Positions 26,085 to 38,851 of a stretch of DNA of 64,000 nucleotides are shown one piece after another; position 1 is the stretch's first letter; the number at the start of each line of letters is the position of its first letter. The notes beneath the pieces are model-generated. The model was not told the origin of the DNA. It searched no databases and saw only the letters and a list, made by a program, of their open reading frames with translations. The position numbers and the translations under genes were made by a program. The stretch is from Ptychomitrium polyphyllum. Its lineage: Eukaryota. Location of the stretch: positions 15,872,001-15,936,000 of the forward strand of contig OZ316775.1 of NCBI GenBank assembly GCA_973851085.1, given 5' to 3'.

Positions 26085-28768
26085 TTCAAACTAAAGTGAC
26101 GCATGGCAAGTAACGCCTATCACTCTAGTGTAAGGGAAGTGCGTCACTGCCAGCCAATCTGGGAGAAGATCTTTATGTGGGAGCCAGACTGCCAGCTCGA
26201 CAGAAAGTATACTTACTTTAAAGTAAAAGCGCATACATACCATCATTCAGCAGTTACAGGAACTCACCGTCACTTTGCAAAGTGAGAAACCAATGACAAG
26301 GAGAGCATGTCACATGTATGGATGAATGCAGCACATAAACCTTTTCAATCTTTAATGGAACAAGGTTTTGACCATATAATGATACTTTTGAAAGGAAGGT
26401 ACTTAAAAGGATAAATAAAAGTTAATAATTATATATTCACTAGTATTATGTACAGCATTTTTCATCTTAGTCAAAATAAAACACAATTAATTCATAAAAT
26501 GTTATTTTTCTCTTTAACTTTTAAGACAATTCTTTCTCAAACTTATAATTTGGTATAAGTTCAACAAATCTTTGAATGCATATTACATATATGAGATATT
26601 TCAATTGTTAGTTAATGATCTTATACATTATTATAAGACATAATATAGAAGAATATTATAATGAATCATCATATCAATACAAATGGTTTCATTGTATTTT
26701 TAATTCATTTATACTTCATTTTACGGACATAGATCATGCAATATAGTCCTTAGAATCTTCTAAAGTCCACTATATTCCAATGCTAAGGTTCCATAGATAT
26801 TCCAATATTTAAAAAACTTCTTAAGAGGGTTCCATCTCCTTAGAAAACTTCTTTGAAAGGTTTCATAGACTTCTAAAACATTCTTAGAATATAGTTTCTT
26901 AAAAGTATTTTGGAAGTATTTTAAAAGTCTATATTTGTAATTCCTATAATACTTTTTTTTTTCAATTCAAAAAATTCTAGAAATAAATAAAAAAATAAAA
27001 TTGTACAATATGAATGCTCACAAAAACAATTATTAAACATTTCAAACACAAATTTTTAAAATAATAATTTTAAATTTGAAAAACACAAGGAAAGTTTTCA
27101 AAAAAAATTTACATTTTTTCATTTTAAACCTTTATATTCTCCTTTTGTATATAAATTATAATATATTATAATATGTATTACTTATTTAATATTTGAAAAA
27201 ATTTCAGTGCCTATTAAAAATAAACAAAGTCTATTTTTCAAATGGATTAAAAGAATGGTTCTTTGAAGCAATTCCTTTTTGATATAAATTAACATTTTTG
27301 GATTTATGTTATTACAAACTATTATCTTGGACTTTTTAGTTGGAAGTGATAATTTAACAAGAAGAAAATGCTTGTTTAAATATTTTATTTCTATACTGAA
27401 AAATAAATCAATACATCTATATTATTATTTAAATACAAGTGTCGACATTCATAAACAACAAGGAAGATTTCTATTTATAATTTCACCTTATTTTTTTATT
27501 ATTTTCCTAAAATTCCAATTTAATTTCAAAAATTATCATTCTTAAAAATATTATCAATAAACCATTTATTCTCAATGGTTATGTACAAAAATCAACAAGC
27601 TTTAGTTGGAAATAATATAAGAACAATATAATTATATCAATGTTGATTTTTTGATTTTATAGGGAGTTAATCAAATCTAAAAATTCTAATGATATATATT
27701 TAATGATTTAAATCAAGAAAAGAAGCAAATAGTAATTTGTTTCATTTCTTAACTTTGGTTGTAATACCAATGTAACATTGCATGAATATAAAATCCAAAA
27801 AATACTATTTATATATTAAATATATTTGATTGTTAAATATATTCAAATAAATTTTAAAAATCTACTTTTAATAATTATAATAAGTTGTTTTTATTAATTC
27901 GCAACCAAATTGTATGAAATAAGCATTCAAAAATGAAGTTATGTACAAGAAGTTGATGTGTTAGCATTTATAATGATGAATTTATAAAAGGATGATTTTT
28001 AAATAATTTTTTGAATCCAATGTCATCATATTAAATAAAAATTTCTTTGTTTTTAACTTCATGTTATAATTAGAGACATCCATGGAGGACATATATTTAA
28101 TTACAATTCCATTAGTATAATGAGTAGAAAATCTAATTATGAAGTTGAAAAAAAACTCTTATATGGAAGTATGTTTTTTATATCTCATGTAAAATATATG
28201 TGTACATCTTTGTTATTAATTTTGTCTTTATTGTACAATAAAATTTCCTTAACTTTAATTGAAAAATTTCAAAGAATCAAATGTGAAGATAATCTGTGGA
28301 AGTCATAAATTACATTATTAAGAGATATATTTGAATAACCATACTATTATTTTTATTTATAATACAAACAAAAAATACTCTGCTTTCAGTTGAACTTTGA
28401 CTTGCATATGTTTACAATCAACCGTTGCCAAGCATAATTCCCATAGTATTATCTTTCTGATATTTAAGTGTTGTACAAATCAGAAACAAATATTGAGACT
28501 AGACAAGTACTCTAAGAAATCTAATGGACCTTTTCACTCTTGTAACACGTAATGAACAAGGGTTCTAAAGAATGTTATCTTGAAGCACAGTAAAGAACTT
28601 CAACCTCTTCCTACAGCCACAACATGAATTGTGGTAAAAAAACAACTATGCCCATGACCATATTGAAGGTGTGAAAGCTACACAAGGCATATACTAATGT
28701 GGGATAAATGTAACTTCAACTGACAAGATGTGATAAATATGGTTCACAACAACTGCAAAGAGCCTGGA

Positions 28769-29915
28769 TTATGATGTATAGCCACACATTCCATACTGAC
28801 ACACCTCTCCGGAAGGACAACTGTTGCTGCAAGACCCACAATGTTCATTATTGTTGAACATGTCAGTGCAAACCCCGTTGCAACATATGCTTCCATAGAA
28901 GCAAATGTGACCACACATCCCACAATTGAACATATCTGTTTTCATGTTAGTGCACACAGAGTTGCAGCAGTCCGGTCCTAAAAGGAAGTTGATGGGTTCC
29001 TGTTCACATATTTGCTTCTTCCATATGCATAAATACTGTGCAGAGAGTCGCCTTCCATTTGCAGGCTTCATGGGCTCCCCTGTTGAAAATCTGCCAGCTG
29101 GTACAGTATTCGAGTCAGCACTACACCAAGTAGACAGAGTTTAAGTTCATAGTTTGAGGAGCCTTCTAATGCATTAAAGTTATTTGTAAATTCACTCGTT
29201 TTCATAATACTCATCCACATGTTGCTGAAGTAAAGCAGATAAGTTCACAAAAAACTCTTTTGTGTTTATTAGTTTCCATTAGTTTGATTTAGTATTTTTG
29301 ATGCAGTGCAAGCACACTATCAGCATTTTTGATGCAGTGCAAGCACATTATCAGCATTTTTGATGGGCACACAAACGCTAATCAGTAAAACTTCTGATAG
29401 GGTACCCTGCTTATCAGAATTTGAGAAAGTTTAGACAAAATTTATATACTCCCTGGTGTATAGGTAACTTATATCATGTGAGCATGGATATTGACCGTAA
29501 CCCAAAGGCTAATAAAAATTACTGTCATCTGAGCAACTTTGCATCTACTTGTTAATTACAGAAGATGTTTGGAGAATGATATTCAACCCTTCAGGTTGGA
29601 AGTCCGGAATAGTCGCTTAGGAGTCAGGCTGCTCAGATTAGAGTTCATTTCTAGAGCTGGGGAGATGATACTGGTAGAGCTGGATTCGGCTACAACAGCA
29701 GTTGGGAAACTGGAGATGACCACAGTGAGCATCACAAACAATAAAGCCAATCGCAGCTGCTTCACCGAGTTCAATAAACCAGGGTCGCCAGGGAATTCAA
29801 CTGATGCTACTCCATCCCCAACGCATTTGGCAGCTGACCTGTAAGTGAATAGCCATTTCCGTGTGACTCGAAACCATTCAGAGTATTGACATGAGAAGTG
29901 GGACTGTTTAATCAT
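28769..29915 (-). CDS. STIG1-domain cysteine-rich secreted protein. Exons ~29915 (start uncertain)-29588 and 29097-28769
   Basis: C-terminal CCNSVCTNMKTDMFNCGMCGHICFYGSICCNGVC..NNEHCGSCSNSC..CQYGMCGY has STIG1 cysteine spacing. The hydrophobic segment LRLALLFVMLTVVISSFPTAVVA joins in frame through a phase-1 GT-AG intron (NLK-AGRFSTGEPMKP). The true start may be an internal Met, or lie in an upstream exon using the acceptor at 29838. Confidence 0.8.
29294..29365. repeat. 31-bp tandem repeat, ~2.3 copies, in the STIG1-gene intron
   Basis: atttttgatgcagtgcaagcaca(c/t)tatcagc twice, followed by atttttgatg. Confidence 0.9.
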
Positions 29916-30642
29916 GTCGCGACGACAAGACTAGCATCCGGTATATACATTGTTTTCTGTTCCTGAGCATTTGAACTATATCACTCCTCGTTGTGGATTC
30001 AAGCCTCAAAATACTTCCAATTCAGATTCTCCCGACGCTTTTGCTAATGCAACTCCGTCAACACCTGATTTTGTTCAAAATTGTAGAGCACACGATTAGC
30101 CTGCACAAGCAACTGAAAATATGGCATATTACTCCCTCTATAGATGATGTGATTATTAACCATGACAGACTCGCACATATTCTACTGATAAAACCAAGAG
30201 GGAAACTAATAGAGTCGACGAACCGTCCACAAGCTCGGACAGTGAGAGCAACCGATACAGATGATCCGACATAACCGACTTCTCTATAACCAACTCGTGA
30301 CCTTCGGCACTACCTCCATAACGGTGGCGGCCCAAGATGCAACCGCAGCGGTTACATTCGACGCAGAAAGCCATTAGTGTTAGTTTGATTGCAGAACGAT
30401 CGTTTAAAGGGGTACTCAAACCAAGGGGAACGATTTGTAAACAAGGGGAAGGGCAGTTTTTCATCGACGAAGGTCAGCTCTCCTCCAAAGCAGAACGTGA
30501 CAAAGCAATAGCAGCAGCGATCTACGGAGCACTAGCACATTCCAGACGGACCGTTACACAAGAGTTCATCGAAGTTTGTCAATTTTAATGAGCCTCACAT
30601 CTACAAAAACTAAAGCAATTGTTTAATGCGGGTATGGGCATT

Positions 30643-30717
30643 TACAATCCAAGGGTATCGAGCCCTTCCAACCACCTCCTACATGAAGTGGATGGTGTTG
30701 CCGATCAACAGGAGTGT
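30643..30717 (-). ncRNA. tRNA-like cloverleaf B (mascRNA-type four-way junction; not a canonical tRNA)
   Basis: Minus strand reads ACACUCC | UGUUG-AUCGG-CAACA | CCAUCCACUUC-AUGUAG-GAGGUGGUUGG | AAGGG-CUCGAUA-CCCUU | GGAUUGU | A. Confidence 0.8.
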
Positions 30718-32381
30718 TTAGAGATATTGCTTCACCGTCATGAATGCTACTGATGGTACGTCAGGTTAACGCAATAAGTTCACAATTCCGGAATTCATGC
30801 AGCATCCAATGCACCAAAATGACGATCTGCAATGTAGTCCAAACGAGTTAAAAAGCTTCTCATGTTTTCTGTACCTTTGATTTAGGGAAATGCAACGAAC
30901 AAAATATTTACATTTACGTATCAGAATACAATGGTTCCCTTGCTCACATGCATCACCTTATCCGCTCGAATGGATGACAGGTCCTTTCCATCAGCGGAAA
31001 GAAGTCAAATTTAAGAGCACTTAAAAATTTCCACCTCTATTTCACATGCTGTACAGCAAACGAAAGTTGAAAATCATCAGACTGTAAAAGCAACCAGAGT
31101 ATAAAACAGACATCACCAGTACAAACTAAAGAAAAACAGAGCCTGCAATAAATAATGATTCCAATAGGAGATTAGTAACGTGTAAAACAAGTAAAACAAT
31201 GAACTGCCTACATGCCTACATTTTTGAAATTTGTGGTACATTTCAATTTTCCTTACAGATATTGCAGACGATTTTCCAATAGCTAAAACTCCCAAGTTCA
31301 AAAGAAGGACATCCTTTACAAATAACCTCTTCACTACCTACAAGCCTAAAGATAAAATGTTTCTCTCTCCAATCAACTAAACTACAGAAATATGCTGCTT
31401 AAAATGTCTGCGTGTACACTAATTAATAAAGACCCTAGTGAAAGACTAATGTGTAGAAAAAACCACTACATCATTCATGGACTTTAGATCGTTTTCCACA
31501 GTACTCACCTCCAAGTGTATCATCTGCTTTACGCCATACCGAACGGTTCTACAATCTACTACATCCTATCCACATACTAACCGATGATTAATTCTGATGG
31601 TTAAGGTTCATCAATTTTAAACTGACAGATGCATTTCTACAAAATCGACATTTCTAAATACCCTGACGAGTAGGCAGGATATCAACATTACTCAACTGCT
31701 GAAAGCTTATACTTCTAGAAGGACAAAAACATCACCAGATTAATTATCTAATGATGATGTAAACACACATAATTGCTATCGATGTAACCAGATCATATCT
31801 TTCAAGAAAAATCATAAATGATCCAAAAAAAAAATAGCATGCTGAAAGGAAGGGAATAATGTATCACAAAGTAGAAAATATAGGAGTGAAAAGATTAAAA
31901 ATTAACAAAGAAAATACGAAGACAAGCACATGCTGCACACTACGCACAAATCAAAGATCAATGACTAGCATGTACCAACATCAGGATAAAATTGATTTTA
32001 TGAATCGCAAGGAGTGTGAATTGAGACACTACCTTAGAAATTGGTGTAGGTATGGCACATGTATGCTTGGGATAAATGCTTGAGAAGAGAGAAAACCGAA
32101 AAACACAATCAATGATGTAGTATAGAAACACCACTCTGTAAATGAATGTGTTAAGAAACTTTGGAATCAAAGATGATGTAGTGCGCAACTTTGCCCCAGC
32201 CTGGTCGCCATCTAATACGCGGTATCACAAACTGCTTCACAAGTGCTCCAAAGTCATGTAGCATAGTCTAATTTAACACTTATGTACCACGAGGAAAACG
32301 ATGTGCTGCTCCCAGTAATAAGAAGTCCAGATCCTCGGGTGCCACTTCCACACCTCCTAAAGCACAAACGTTGTCGTACGA

Positions 32382-32700
32382 CTTCACCCGATTATTGAGA
32401 CCTTAGCCCAGGTGACTATGTCTGCGGAGGCACCTCCGGAGAGCAGCCGGGAAGCAAATACAGAATAATGTTGCATGATAGTCAGGTCAACGCATCCGAG
32501 ACAGGTTACCAACACAAACCCTTGCACGACCGACACAACACCACCAAGAGGATTGATCATCCCCACACCACGAAACCTTTCTTTTTATTGAGAGTGAAAC
32601 CTGCCCCGTAAGCGCACCCATGAGGGCAAGGTTTCGCGACGCAATAATCAGCCTGGAAAACCACACTTTATCCATGGCTAGACTGCGGGCGTCAACTCTT
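32382..32700 (-). ncRNA. Conserved structured RNA domain B, with core hairpin at 32596-32635 and a second hairpin at 32548-32564
   Basis: Core GAAACCUUGCCCUCAUGGGUGCGCUUACGGGGCAGGUUUC; upstream block AAGAGUUGACGCCCGCAGUCUAGCCAUGG differs from copy A at one position. Confidence 0.75.
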
Positions 32701-33424
32701 GAAATCACAATCCTTGACGGAGACAAAATGTGCAAGGCGTAATATGTAGTTCTCTGGTAAAAAAAGTGTGCACTATCAACCCGACGACGGTGGAACACCG
32801 ACGATTACCATACAGTTGAACAAATCCTGATAGCACAAACACCGAACTATGAGTCTACCAAACAAAATACCTGTAATCTTAAAAACTATGTTCAGGTACA
32901 AATGTGACGTGGAATGACAGAAACAGAACTAAGAGAACTGAAACAATAGCCATAACAAAAGAAAAATCGAGAAGGAGTGCTGCCATACGCTTCAAATACT
33001 TGAAAGCACAAGAAATAACAATCTTACCATACAAACATAGTGCGAGGTCGCATATCAATCCCGTCCTTCAGCATTTTGGCGACTCCCCAAGTAACTGGAG
33101 CTCAACCGCCATCCCCCCGACTCCAAAAAACAAGCCGATCCCTCAACCATGTCATCTCATTGCACTGGAAACCGCCTCCACCTTCCTTCTCCCCAATGCA
33201 GTTCGGCCCGAACATCTCGGGATACAATTCACTGCCTCGATCACTCGAACGTTCCATAGAAAAGCGCAACACAAACACCTCGCCGCTTCACCTACCATCT
33301 CGCTCCACCGAAGAACCTCCGCCTCCACTTCAAAAACTGCTCACTATTCACGGTATACTCTTAATGGTACAATAACAACACCAAGTCTTTGTGCACAAAA
33401 CAAGAGAACGAGCGATGTTACGAG

Positions 33425-33713
33425 CTAGGGTTACAATGTTCGAAGCTAGGGTTATAGACTGAGAAAACTACGACAGTGTCGATCTGCCGCAACCTAGACG
33501 TCGGACGCGTTATATAAATTGCTGCAGTTAGAGAAAGATGGCCTATGTTAGTTGGATCTGGTCTCCACCGTCGATCTGTACCCACCGCATTTAGAATGCC
33601 ACTTGTAGCCGTCGATAGGGACTCGTTGCGCGCGGTTGAGGATCTCCGTAGACGAGATGTAGAACGTTCCAGGGCTCACTGTTAGAGAAGTCGGTTGTAC
33701 TACCGCCGTTGAT
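33425..33713 (-). promoter_or_regulatory. Putative Pol II promoter/5' region of locus B
   Basis: AACCCTAG twice (33425, 33446), TATA-like element at 33510-33518, and RCCGTYGAT at 33567, 33608 and 33705. Confidence 0.5.
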
Positions 33714-35843
33714 ATTTTGGACGAGAGGTGTACAGCTTAAATGCTACATTTTCGACATCTGGCGTTTCCTCTACACTTGTAATCCCAATTCGGCTCGAAA
33801 TTAATGTAATGCTTAATTTAGTACCTAACAACACAATGTAGAATCGTATATCACTTAGTATAGTAAATCTAATAAAGTAATTATAACTTTCATAGAATTT
33901 AATTGATTTATATTATTATATTGAGAAGGAATTACGTTGAGAAGGAACTACATTTATTATTATGTTTATAATAATGCCAAAATTTAGTAACTTAGATAAA
34001 ATTTTAATGTTTGTTGAAAATTCAAAATTTTATCTTTATAATTCTTAAGTTTTTACATTATAAAACATAGAAGTAATGGAGATTAATTAAATAAGTTTAG
34101 TTATTGATGTTGTAGGTGATGTTTCATTAATGTTGTAATTAATACCTTTATAAAAAACACTTATTTTATATTCTTATAATGTATTCATATAATGTATTTA
34201 AGTAACTTACTATAAAAATTTATCAGTTTTCCTAAGTATATAATCTTAAAATTAATAGGAAACTATCGCATCATTAATGTGATGGCATTTAACGCAAGTT
34301 AGTATATTTTTAAAAATCATTTTAATGATAACCGATGGAACTGTCATTTAATAAATATAGAAAATAAACAAAAATCAAAGGGATTATATATAAGTTGTTT
34401 AATTAAGTGCATACAATGCTTTTGAAAATTTCTTTTTTTAAAGGTGTTTATGATTTTCAAAAGAATATATTGTTATTTTTTTTAATATTATATAGAAACT
34501 TCCTGCTTCATATCAATCCTAAACCTTGTGGTACATACAAGCTTGTAATATTTTAGAACAATATCTAATGCATCCGTTTTATAACAAAATATATACAAAA
34601 CAACAATATCATGGAATTTAATTATTTAGGGTATCAAAAAGTGACATATACTCAAATACTTCAAATACTTAGAAAGCCTATGGCCTCTTCTTGTTCAATC
34701 ATGCCATTGCACACAAATACAGTTTCTGTTCTGAAAGTTAACCATAAAAATATGGAACTCAAGAGTGAAAGGTTAAAGAAAACAAGGATGAAAAGTTAAA
34801 GAAAATAAGGATGGTACCATACTCTGGTACTAAGCTCGAAGATATGAAGGATGAAAGGCAAAAAAGAAAACATGAAGGGCTCGAGAGAACTTTAAAGACA
34901 GGAAGATGTGAAAGTAAAAGCCCGCTATGCATCGGTTCCGAACTGTATGTCGCCACCTAATAATATTGATATCTGTCTACTAGCGATGCTCATGTCCGTC
35001 TAATACCGAGGCGCACTCGTCTGCGTCGAGGATCGCAGCACATGCCGAGGCTTCGACAACTGCGAACAACGTGACACAAGACCAACAATGGAAGCGCGCG
35101 GCATTGTTATGTGAATCCACCCGAAAGCTTTAGATTCTGGTGTAATATGTTTCTGTACATTTCAAATGGTTGAACTCCACCGAGACATCATTGGTGCATA
35201 GCATGTTGCAGAATGCTTTCCTGATCAGTACATGGTTTGGAGTTTAGGGCAATCTTCCAACGCTTCCAACAGAGGGGGGCTCATGCATGGTTTGCCGAGG
35301 TTTTCCAGAAGAGAATGAATCTCATCCGGTCCCAGGTTCTAACGTCTTCCACTGAAAGAGATTGCAGCTGCAATGCCGAAGTCGGTGTTCTTGTTCATTG
35401 TTTGATTCTAGGGTTTCATCGATTATGTGCTCAATAGGTGGGTCCGAGTTCGTTGGAATTTGATTCTTTGTAAGAGCTTGATGAACTTTTCTTTTCCCAC
35501 TATTTACTGGGTTGAACTTTTCGGACTCAGGTGAATTCTCAGCATGTCGGTTTTGGTCTTTGGGAAATGTCAATTAGGGTTGTGGTGAGCTTGTGACGAC
35601 GAATCATTTTACTGGTTGATTTGTTGAGTGAATTTAGTAAAGAGTGGGTAACAAGTCAGTGGGTGATAAGTTAGTGGTTTTGATCATCACAGGAATGGAC
35701 CGTTTGCTATGAATGCTGTTGTGAATTAACTATGTAGCTCTGTTTGCTGACAATGTTTGTTTGGTTTGTCAGGTGATTCACTTCGGTGCACTTGGTCTTC
35801 ACGGCTGCACAATAAGTTAGTAGTCGTCCAACCTAAGTGCGGG

Positions 35844-38800
35844 ATGACTTCGCAATCAGCTTCGATGACTTTCTGGTGCGTTGCTTGGGTTGGGTTTTTG
35901 ACGTGCTTTGTGCCGCGAGTGGTGGTTGGAGATCATGTGCGTCCTGTGTTGAGGTTCAACAGCGAGGGCACTTTTAAGATTCTTCAGGTGATTTATTTCT
36001 TAGCATCGACATTTTGATATATCTAAGTCGGCAGTCTTGTCCAGAAGAGTGATTGTGCCGTTGTGCACTTTTTATTTTTCATTCTTAACGTTAAATTTAG
36101 GAATGTGGCGCTAGCTCCTATTGAGATTTCAAATATGCATCATGATTGGAAGAAATCGTGTTAATCCGTCAAGTTATGGTCCAAAGTCGTAAAAACCCTA
36201 ATTCTATCCCAAAGGCCTTGGATGTTCAAGTTGAATCTTAATCATTATCCCAATCATAAAGTATTCACTTTCTGATTTATTTCACTTGGGTATACTCAGT
36301 CTGATCATACTCGTTAACTAGATAAATCTATCGAACAATTCTCTGCCCTAAGACTATTCTGCAACTTTCAGTATTAAACGCACTTGAGAGCATAATGGTC
36401 TTTGTTTGGCTTTGTCTATCTGATACTTATGCAATTACCTTGCATTGGATTATCTGATCAGTGCTGGTAATGCCATTGTTTCACTAAAACACCATGAGGA
36501 GTGAGGTTTTGGTTCCTGGTAGTGCCGTTGCGGTTCAGTTTCTCAGTACGCTTCTGGAATGTTGCAGTAGGACCACACGAACACGATATATTTGGTAATG
36601 GAACGATGTGTGGTTGCCTTTCTGTTTGTCTCTTTTACACGTCAGTTGAAGGTCGTTGACGATTTTTCTCTCTGTGAATGTGATGATGACATACGGGTTT
36701 AATATTTTAGCAAATTTCTGGCAGATGCTTTTGTAATGTTTGACGTCGTGATTATTACTTATCTTCGCAGGTTGCTGATATGCATTTTGCACAAGGTGCT
36801 CAGTCGCAGTGTTTTGATGTGTCTTCGTCATATCATTGCTCTGACTTGAATACTACTGTCTTCATTGAGCGGTTACTGGCTGCGGAGAGGCCTGATCTGG
36901 TTGTCTTTACTGGTATGCGATTGTACATTCTTGTTTTTGCACGGTGTTCTTTGAATCGAGTAGCTTGATAGCATGATGTTGATGATGTGTTTAGATTTAT
37001 TTCCGAATCTCCCAGCAAGTCGTTTTCCCAAACCTCAGCGTCTTGAAACTAGTGGACTACAATTGCTTGGTGAAGTGTATTCTCGAACAAGAATGATTCT
37101 GTTAATCAGGATGCGGTTGTGAGAAATACTAGCAGATTTGAGTAGTAGATTAGTTTCACAACTTTCCTTCGTAACTTGTTCCTTCAGTGTTTTGAGAGTT
37201 TACATCAAGAATTTACGTATATTCTTGCGCAGGGGACAATATCGACGGCGGTACTGCCACGGATGCCATCAAATCAATGGACCAAGCTTTTGCTCCAGTG
37301 ATAGCTGCTAAAATTCCTTGGGCTGGAATATTAGGAAACCATGATCAAGAATCAAATATACCACGAGCGAGGGTCATGGAGTATTTAACAAAGATGGATT
37401 ACTCTGTGTCTGAAGTTTTGAACCCTAGCATGGAGAGTCTTTTAGGGAAAAGCATTGACCACAGGGCCTCAATTGAGGTTCATGGGTACGGAAACTACTA
37501 TCTGCAGGTGTTCGGTGCTTTGGACTCAGATTCTGCCAACTCAAGCCTTCTCAATTTGTATTTTCTTGATTCTGGGGACTACTCAAAGTTTGATACTGTA
37601 GGTGGCTATGACTGGGTGCGAGCCAGCCAGTTACTATGGTTTGAAAATCTTGCGACAATGCTTAGGGTAAATATTTGTACCTGTCTTTCTATCTTGCGTG
37701 AGCAGGCTACTGGAGGTGATTGAGCACTATTGTAAATATGTTTTGCGATTTTCACATGAGAGTCTCTCTGGGTGGGATGCTGTCCCTTTGGACGCTCTTG
37801 AAAAATCTTATGCAATTTCATTGCTAGCCTATTCCTGTATCTGGTTTTTATGACTGTGACCGATAATTTTCAGGCGGAATCTGACTTGAGCTATTGAGCT
37901 GTTGCTAACACCCACTTGTAAATGTCTGCGGTGTTTCCCTTGCAGTCTGCGGAGGCCTCGGCAAATACTCAAATACCTCCACCTGTTACTCCGGCGTTGG
38001 CTTATTTCCACATCCCGATTCCTGAATACAGTGCAGTATTTATGAATCCTTCTACGGTGGTGGGTGAGAAACACGAAGTGATATGCTCCGCATCTGTGAA
38101 CTCTGGACTGTTCACGTCCCTTGTTGAAGCTGGGGATGTCAAAGCCACGTTTGTTGGACACGACCATGTCAACGACTACTGTGGCAGTCTACTTGGCATT
38201 AGTTTATGCTATGGAGGTGGCATTGGCTACCATACATATGGGTATGTGTTTATTGCTCATATAGTACCATTCAACATTGATAATCTTCTACATAGATCTT
38301 GAAATACTGTATATAATTGCTGCCAGTTACATGTTTTCTGCCACTCTTGTTGGGATTGGTCCTGGTGCTGTCTTTGTATGTTTGTTTTGGTTAAAATCAC
38401 TGTCTAAATGAATAATTATTTCATGTTTTTAATCGATCAAGATTCTGGTTCACGTTTGTGCTTCAGGAAAGCTGGATGGGCAAGAAGGGCACGGGTAGTG
38501 CAGGCCTCTCTTGGGAGGGGCGCGAAGGATGGTTCAAAAATCACAAGAGAGATCACAACATGGAAACTTCAAGATGATGAGGACTTGAGTAAAACAGATA
38601 TACAAATTCTGTACAATGGTTATGCGGGTGAATGGTTTTCTACGCCTTTCTTCAGCAGAAGCCTTTTATTCAGGAGAACTGGCAACAACTGGATTCCTAG
38701 TTTAACCCTCTTGTTGCTGCTAACAGGATTGGCTGGAGCATACTTCTTGGTTCATTTTTTGGTTCGGAAATTTCCAAGTCGTAAAAGGACAAATAACTAT

Positions 38801-38851
38801 TCCCCTGTTGAAAGGCCATCATCCGTTGAATCAAATGATGTGTACGACTAA
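35844..38851 (+). CDS. Purple acid phosphatase-like metallophosphoesterase (PAP14/28/29, Dcr2-like clade). Exons: 35844-35987, 36771-36912, 37233-37666, 37946-38241, 38467-38851
   Basis: Signal peptide; motifs LRFNSEGTFKILQVADMHF, PDLVVFTGDNI, LGNHDQES, LYFLDSGDYS, LAYFHIPIPEY, FVGHDHVNDYCG, YGKAGWARRARV; GT-AG introns in frame. Confidence 0.93.

Larger units (their letters stand above)
30600..33490 (-). ncRNA. Putative spliced lncRNA locus B, CR20/GUT15-like paralog of locus A; boundaries approximate
   Basis: TATA-like TTTATATAA at 33510-33518; no credible minus-strand ORF; strong donor GAG|GTGAGT at 31508 and acceptor TTTTTGTAG at 30601; conserved domain and cloverleaf shared with locus A. 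Confidence 0.6.

Noticed and set aside
32904..33428. 174-aa plus-strand ORF
   Set aside because: Non-ATG start, no domain, and antisense to the probable 5' region of locus B.
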